Source of the DNA: an uncultured bacterium
GTDB taxonomy: Bacteria > Margulisbacteria > WOR-1 > CAVSGV01
Length of the DNA stretch: 32,000 bases
Assembly: GCA_963699255.1 (NCBI GenBank)
Contig: OY969425.1
Coordinates: forward strand, 930,001 to 962,000
Direction of reading: 5' to 3'
Of the stretch, positions 26,616-32,000 are shown in pieces (position 1 is the stretch's first letter; each line of letters begins with the position of its first letter). The notes beneath the pieces were generated by a model that worked only from the letters and a program-made list of their open reading frames with translations, made no database searches and was not told where the DNA came from. The translations under genes and the position numbers were made by a program.

Positions 26616-27296
26616 TTACACGCCTCCTTTTATCGAAATACTCTCCCGAAGAAATGGCTTTCCATGCCCCGGATAGATCGTTCTGATCTTCATTGTTCTT
26701 AGTTTTTCCAGGCTGCTCTTCAATTGCGCGGAATTCTCTATGATATTCGCTTCCGCGGGCTTTGTGCGGTTCGTGAACATATCGCCGCAGAAAAGATCGC
26801 CGTCATCGGTCAGGACAGAGAGCGAACCGGGAGTATGCCCCGGTGTATGAATAACTTTCGCCGAAACACCGTATTCCGCCAAACTCTGGCCGTCAGATAA
26901 AAGAATATCCGGCTTGAACCTTGGGTAACTCATCTTGTTCTTTTGGAACTTCCTCATCAGCATCCTGAAATTGAACATTACCCAGTATATAAAAGGCTTT
27001 ATCTGGCGCTTCAACATTACCCCGTTCTCCACCTGCGCAACATCTCCGGCGTGCATGGCGGCCTTCACATTGTATTTTTCACGCAGCTTGGACACGTTAC
27101 CGGTATGGTCCCAGTCCCCGTGCGTGATAACTATCAGCTTTAATTTCCAGGGCAGGCATCCTGCAGCGGCCAGCTGGCTGTCCAGGTTCTCCCACATATA
27201 CGGCAATCCTGTATCGATAAGGACGAATCCGTCCTTTGCTTTTAAAAGAAAAGCATTTACCATGCCGAGGTCGATCGTTCTTATCGTTTCATCCAT
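26616..27296 (-). CDS. MBL-fold metallo-hydrolase
   Basis: VITHGDWDHTGNVSKLREKY...VIHTPGHTPGSLSVLTDDGDLFCGDMF...IYPGHGKPF. Confidence 0.92.
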   Translation of the reverse strand: MDETIRTIDLGMVNAFLLKAKDGFVLIDTGLPYMWENLDSQLAAAGCLPWKLKLIVITHGDWDHTGNVSKLREKYNVKAAMHAGDVAQVENGVMLKRQIKPFIYWVMFNFRMLMRKFQKNKMSYPRFKPDILLSDGQSLAEYGVSAKVIHTPGHTPGSLSVLTDDGDLFCGDMFTNRTKPAEANIIENSAQLKSSLEKLRTMKIRTIYPGHGKPFLRESISIKGGV

Positions 27297-28740
27297 TTGG
27301 ACTTTCAGCTAAGCCTCCCTCTTCCCAATCCGGCTCCGGGCCGCGCAGATAAGATATGAAAGCAGCTATCAGGCTGAATATGAATGAGATAGTGAACGCC
27401 ACCCTTAAACCGGAAATAAAATGCGCGATGGCTATCCCCTCCGACCCCACCTGTGCGCCCACGAACAATTTTAGCAGGGTTTTCTGCGAAATGCTCGAGG
27501 ATATCGCCACCATCGCCAGCGCGATGCTTACCACCATTCCGGCATTGTTCATCATCGTCCTTGTGGCCGCGGCGATACCGCGCCTGTCAGACGGCACCGA
27601 TTCCATGATGGACCGCGTGTTGGGAGAAAAGAACATCCCCGAACCGAAACCCATGATGGACATCCAGATAATGATCTCACAGATGGAGGTTTCCGGGCTC
27701 AGCTTCATGAAACCGAACAGGCCTATGGCCGAGATCAGCAGCCCCAGCGAACTCAGCTCCCTGGAGCCGTATTTGTCCGAAAGAAATCCGCTGATGGGAG
27801 AGCTTATCATCATCGAGACGGCGAAAGGCGTCAGCAGTATGCCGGACAGGAGCGGATCGTAACCCTTCACGCCCTGGAAATAAAATATCAAAAGGAAGGT
27901 CACTGCGCCTCTCGCGATGCCGTTCAACAGGTTGCTCCCGAAAGCGAAACCGAGGACCCTTGTCTCCAGAAGCCTCATGTCCAGCATCGGCTGTTTGGAA
28001 CGGCTCTCGATGAACACGAACAGGGCAAGCAAAATGACCGAGCTTACAAGCATGATCAGGATATTCCTGTTAAGCCAGCCGACGAAGCCGCCGAACGTCA
28101 GTGCGATGAGAAGCAGCAGCATCCCGACGGAAAAAACTATCGTCCCCTCCCAGTCGAATTTCTGGTGCTCCGGCAGTATGTCCAGCTCTTTCAGCTGCAG
28201 CCACGCCCAGAACGTGCCGACGATCCCGAAAGGCACGTTCACGAAGAAAATGCTCCGCCATCCTATGGTCGCCAGGAAGCCTCCCAGTATAGGGCCTATA
28301 ACGGACGCTATGCTGATGATCATGGCGTTTATGCCCATCGCTTCGCCCAGCTGGTTCCTGGGAAAAGCGTCGGTCACGATAGCGGTGCTGTTCGCCACAA
28401 GAAGAGAACCCCCGACAGCCTGCACCATCCTGAAAATGAGAAGCTGGGTCCCGTTCACCACCATGCCGCACAGAAGAGAGCCCAGAGTGAATATCGCGAA
28501 ACCGCTCACGTACAGATACTTCCTGCCGTACATGTCGGCGACGCGCCCGATGGACGGGACCAGTATCGTCAGGGCAAGCATATATCCCATGACTGTCCAC
28601 AGGATGACAGCTATGCCGGCATGAAGGCTTTTTATTATCTCCGGAAGCGCGATTATCAGGGTGCTTCCGTTCAGAACGGAAAAGAACGCGCCAAGCGATG
28701 TGCACGATAAGGCGATCCATTTATATTCGATGTTCTTCAA
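27289..28740 (-). CDS. MFS transporter, DHA2/EmrB-QacA-type drug efflux
   Basis: 483 aa, many TM segments; DMYGRKYLYVSGFAIFTLGSLLCG, SVIGPILGGFLATIGWRSIFFVNVPFG. Confidence 0.93.
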   Translation of the reverse strand: MKNIEYKWIALSCTSLGAFFSVLNGSTLIIALPEIIKSLHAGIAVILWTVMGYMLALTILVPSIGRVADMYGRKYLYVSGFAIFTLGSLLCGMVVNGTQLLIFRMVQAVGGSLLVANSTAIVTDAFPRNQLGEAMGINAMIISIASVIGPILGGFLATIGWRSIFFVNVPFGIVGTFWAWLQLKELDILPEHQKFDWEGTIVFSVGMLLLLIALTFGGFVGWLNRNILIMLVSSVILLALFVFIESRSKQPMLDMRLLETRVLGFAFGSNLLNGIARGAVTFLLIFYFQGVKGYDPLLSGILLTPFAVSMMISSPISGFLSDKYGSRELSSLGLLISAIGLFGFMKLSPETSICEIIIWMSIMGFGSGMFFSPNTRSIMESVPSDRRGIAAATRTMMNNAGMVVSIALAMVAISSSISQKTLLKLFVGAQVGSEGIAIAHFISGLRVAFTISFIFSLIAAFISYLRGPEPDWEEGGLAESPNG

Positions 28741-28755
28741 TGTTCTCTCCTAATA

Positions 28756-31700
28756 TTACTTTTCTTCCCCCGCGATCGCTTCAACTTTGACATGCCTGGA
28801 ACCAATTAAGCTATACGCGCAAGGGACGACGAACAGCGTCAGCAGGGTCGAGATGAACAGTCCGCCGATGACGGCTATCGCCATAGGCGTGCGTATCTCG
28901 GCTCCGGGTCCCCACGCCAGCGCCGGCGGTATCGCCCCGGCGATCGTCGCGACCGAAGTCATGAGGATGGGTCGAAGCCTTATAGGACACGCTTCCAGAA
29001 GCGCCTCCCTCACCGGCATTCCCTTTTCCCTCATCTGATTGGTGAACTCCACCAGAAGTATCGAATTCTTTTTCACGATCCCCATCAGGAGGATAAAACC
29101 TATCATGCTGTATATGTTCAGCGACTGGCCGGTCACATAAAGCGCGATAAAAGCTCCCGAGAAACTGAACGGCAAAGCGGCAAGGACGACCACAGGGTCG
29201 CTGAAACTGTTGAACTGCGATCCCAGGACCATGTAAGCGATGACTATGCCGAGTATCAGCGCGAATATCAGACTTTCAAAGGATTCCTTGTAAGCCTGCG
29301 CATTCCCGCTGAAGATCACATGATAACCTTCCGGCAGGGTCGCTTTCGCTATCTCATCTATCTTTGCGAGAACTACCGCCTGCGACCTGCCCGGCGCGAC
29401 ATTGGCCGATATGGTTATGGCACGCTCCCTGTCCTGGCGGGAAATGCTCTGCATCGCCGGCCGCTCCACAAGACGCGTTACCTTATCCAGGCTGACCAGC
29501 TCTCCCCTGTTGTTGCGGACATAAACGCCTTTCATTATATCCGCCCTGGTATGCTCGGCTCCGATCATCTTTACCGTGATATCGTACCTGTGCCCGCCGT
29601 GTTCATATGTCCCCACCTTCAGGCCGCCCACAAGGGTCGAGATGGTCTGCCCGATGACCGCAAAGCTCACCCCGTGGCGCGAGGCAAGGTCGCGATCCGG
29701 CACGACATCGTATTCCGTCAGGCCGAGAAGATAATTACTGTTCAGGTCCGTGGTCAGGCCGGTTTTATCTATTTCACTCATCAGCTTTACGCTTAGGTCT
29801 CCAAGCTTGTCCCAGTCGGGGCCTCTCAGGGTCAGCTCTATGGGATATCCGCCCGTTGAAGCGAAGCCGCGCAGCGAAGTATCCATTATGTATACCTGAA
29901 GGTCGGGAATTTTTTTCAGGTCGCTGCGGACGGCTTTCATCGACTCCGCCTGGGAAAGCCTGTGATGGAGCACGGGATCTATCCCGCGCTGGCCCTTGGG
30001 CTTCAGCGTAAGGAAAATAAAAGATTGGTTCAGCCGCCCGCTTCCCCCGAAACCTCCGACCGCGGCGAATACCGAATCCGCTTCCGGCCGTTTCGCGATA
30101 ATTGATTCCGCCAGCCTGGATTTTTCATCCATATACGCAAGCGATGCCCATGCCGGCGTCTGGAGGCGCACCGCATATTGGCTCTGGTCCTGAGGCGGAA
30201 CAAGCTCGCTTCTCAGCGCCCTGGCTACGGAGAAAGTAATGACAAAAAATATCACCGATGACCATATGATAAGACCCCTGCGGTCCAGCGACCAGGCAAG
30301 CGCCTTGCGGTAACCTCTGTTCAGCCGCTTGAAGCTCCTGTCCAGGAACGCGGCGAACCGGTTCTCCCTGGTGCCCACCTCGACGAACTGCGAGCAGCGC
30401 ATGGGAGTAAGGGTAAGCGCCTCAAAAAGCGAGAGCAGTACGGCGACGCTTATCGTCATGCCGAACTGGTAGAAGTATTTCCCGATTATCCCTTTCATGA
30501 ACGCCACCGGCAGGAATATCGCGATTATCGCGATGCTCGCCGCCATCGCCGCGAAAGTTATCTCCCGCGCGCCTATCAGCGCGGCCGAAACCTTTTCTTC
30601 GCCTTTCTCCTGGTGCCTCATGATGTTCTCAAGCACCATTATTGCGTCATCCACCACTATGCCGATGGCAAGGCTCAGCGCCATGAGGGTGAACATGTTC
30701 AGGGTGAAGCCCATGAAGTAAACGAATATGAAAGTCCCGATGATGGATGTCGGTATCGCGAGCCATACGTTCAGGACCGCGGACCACGACCCCAGGAAGA
30801 ACCAGCAGACGAGCCCGGTAAGTATCGCGGAGAGGAGGAGCGTCACTTTCAGCTCATTCACGGCATCCTCTATGAATTTCGTGTTATCCATCCTTATGGA
30901 AAGGTCCATGCCTTTCGGCAGTTCTTTCTGGACCGCTTTCATTTTTGCGCGGACGGCTTTCGCCACTTCCACGGCATTGGTGCCTCTCTGTTTCAGGATG
31001 CCGAGCCCGACCGCCGATACTCCGTTGGCGCGCGCCATGTGCTCGATGTCCGCAAGGTCGTCTTTTATGCTCGCCACCTTCACCAGCGCCACGGGAGAAT
31101 AATTCGGCTGGCCTCCGCGGTAGTTGAGACGGATATTCTCGAATTCCTGTACGGTTTTTGCCTCTCCGAGGGTCCTGACGGTGTGTTCCGCTTTTACGTC
31201 CGCAACGTATCCGGCGGGCAGCTCCACATGCTCGTTCTGCACCGCGCTCACGACGTCCTGGGCGGTAAGCGCGTAGCGGTTCAGGTCGGACTTCCTCACC
31301 TCCACCCGGAGGTTCGGGTCAACGTATCCGCCGAACACCACGTCCCCGACGCCGGAGACGGTCGTGAACTTATCTTTTAATATATCGTTGACGTAAGCCA
31401 TGGCATCGCGGGTCGAGATGCCCGTGGTGTTAAGCGACAGCCATATTATCGGCTGATCGTCGGGATTTGTTTTTGTGATGATGGGCGGATCTATGTCGTT
31501 GGGAAGCAGCCGCTGCGCCTGGGATATCTTGGACTGTATCTCCTGCACCGCCACGTCTATGTTCTTGCTCAGTTCGAATTCCACCGAGATGCTCGTGCTG
31601 CCGTCGCGGGAAGTGGAGGTGACGGTCCTTACGCCTTCCACGCCCATGACCGCGTCCTCTATGTAATCGGCGACGTCCGTTTCCATTATCTGGGGTGAAG

Positions 31701-31860
31701 CTCCCGGATAAGTGACGCTGACGGAAACGACGGGGAAATCCACGTCCGGCATCAGGCTGACGCCCATCCTCATGAAAGAGATCGCGCCGAAAAGTATCAG
31801 CGCGAACATCATCATCCACGCGAACACGGGCCGCTTTATGGATATGTCAGATAAGATCAT
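28756..31860 (-). CDS. RND-family efflux permease (HAE1/AcrB-like)
   Basis: MILSDISIKRPVFAWMMMFALILFGAISFMRMGVSLMPDVDFPVVSV...; LSLAIGIVVDDAIMVLENIMRH (proton-relay DD), 1034 aa. Confidence 0.96.
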   Translation of the reverse strand: MILSDISIKRPVFAWMMMFALILFGAISFMRMGVSLMPDVDFPVVSVSVTYPGASPQIMETDVADYIEDAVMGVEGVRTVTSTSRDGSTSISVEFELSKNIDVAVQEIQSKISQAQRLLPNDIDPPIITKTNPDDQPIIWLSLNTTGISTRDAMAYVNDILKDKFTTVSGVGDVVFGGYVDPNLRVEVRKSDLNRYALTAQDVVSAVQNEHVELPAGYVADVKAEHTVRTLGEAKTVQEFENIRLNYRGGQPNYSPVALVKVASIKDDLADIEHMARANGVSAVGLGILKQRGTNAVEVAKAVRAKMKAVQKELPKGMDLSIRMDNTKFIEDAVNELKVTLLLSAILTGLVCWFFLGSWSAVLNVWLAIPTSIIGTFIFVYFMGFTLNMFTLMALSLAIGIVVDDAIMVLENIMRHQEKGEEKVSAALIGAREITFAAMAASIAIIAIFLPVAFMKGIIGKYFYQFGMTISVAVLLSLFEALTLTPMRCSQFVEVGTRENRFAAFLDRSFKRLNRGYRKALAWSLDRRGLIIWSSVIFFVITFSVARALRSELVPPQDQSQYAVRLQTPAWASLAYMDEKSRLAESIIAKRPEADSVFAAVGGFGGSGRLNQSFIFLTLKPKGQRGIDPVLHHRLSQAESMKAVRSDLKKIPDLQVYIMDTSLRGFASTGGYPIELTLRGPDWDKLGDLSVKLMSEIDKTGLTTDLNSNYLLGLTEYDVVPDRDLASRHGVSFAVIGQTISTLVGGLKVGTYEHGGHRYDITVKMIGAEHTRADIMKGVYVRNNRGELVSLDKVTRLVERPAMQSISRQDRERAITISANVAPGRSQAVVLAKIDEIAKATLPEGYHVIFSGNAQAYKESFESLIFALILGIVIAYMVLGSQFNSFSDPVVVLAALPFSFSGAFIALYVTGQSLNIYSMIGFILLMGIVKKNSILLVEFTNQMREKGMPVREALLEACPIRLRPILMTSVATIAGAIPPALAWGPGAEIRTPMAIAVIGGLFISTLLTLFVVPCAYSLIGSRHVKVEAIAGEEK

Positions 31861-32000
31861 TGCGCTTCCTTCCCGTCCGGAACATCTACTGATGCCGTTA
31901 TCGCCATTAGCGCGTTCATGTCGGATTTTAAGTTGTATATGGCTTTGTTAAGGGAACGCTCCACGTCCTGGTAAGAGGTCATGGCCTGCAGGACATCCAG
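31857..32000 (-). CDS. C-terminal end of TolC-family outer-membrane efflux protein (truncated by window edge)
   Basis: Manual translation: LDVLQAMTSYQDVERSLNKAIYNLKSDMNALMAITASVDVPDGKEAQ*; ATGA overlap with the RND start. Confidence 0.75.
   Translation of the reverse strand: MDVLQAMTSYQDVERSLNKAIYNLKSDMNALMAITASVDVPDGKEAQ

Noticed and set aside
27356-28720. Several 168-235 aa ORFs on both strands within the MFS gene
   Set aside because: Typical GC-rich shadow frames; only the 483 aa frame shows TM segments and MFS motifs.
29320-31819. ORFs of 158, 255, 129 and 124 aa over the RND gene
   Set aside because: Shadow frames within a full-length 1034 aa HAE1-type permease.

Overview
The window appears to be a mosaic bacterial (probably diderm) chromosomal segment. 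I read it as seven blocks. (1) 1-5.1 kb, minus strand: a BsuPI-type proteinase-inhibitor-domain gene, a predicted outer-membrane beta-barrel gene and a very large secreted subtilisin-like (S8) protease running off the left edge. The ORF track omits the protease. A structured 5' leader lies upstream. (2) 5.2-12.2 kb: a plasmid/ICE-like remnant with a PD-(D/E)XK-like protein, XRE regulator, DUF2958, SSB, zinc-ribbon protein, primase-like protein and ParB, plus degenerate partial duplications. It ends at a broken tRNA-Met-like sequence. (3) 12.4-16.8 kb: a compact same-strand cassette encoding DUF134 regulator, dinitrogenase-cofactor-type (NifX/NifB-like) protein, DUF2099/methanogenesis-marker-8-like protein, RFAP-synthase-like MBL protein, ArsR-family regulator, thioredoxin, ferredoxin (missed by the track), SAM methyltransferase and DUF2892. 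It is bracketed by direct repeats that carry tRNA 3' end sequence. (4) 17.1-21.1 kb: secreted proteins and lipoproteins. (5) 21.2-22.9 kb: a methyltransferase and an ORF6N gene flanked by a ~110 bp direct repeat. (6) 22.9-26.3 kb, AT-rich: a BglII/BstYI-like Type II restriction-modification pair with an HNH-like and a frameshifted GIY-YIG-like gene alongside. (7) 26.4-32 kb, GC-richer: tautomerase, MBL hydrolase, MFS exporter, RND (HAE1) permease and TolC-like 3' end. The best candidates for follow-up are the tRNA-repeat-bounded redox/metal cassette, the protease/inhibitor/barrel locus with its leader, and the nuclease-rich R-M neighbourhood. All family calls come from motif recognition by eye; no database search was run.
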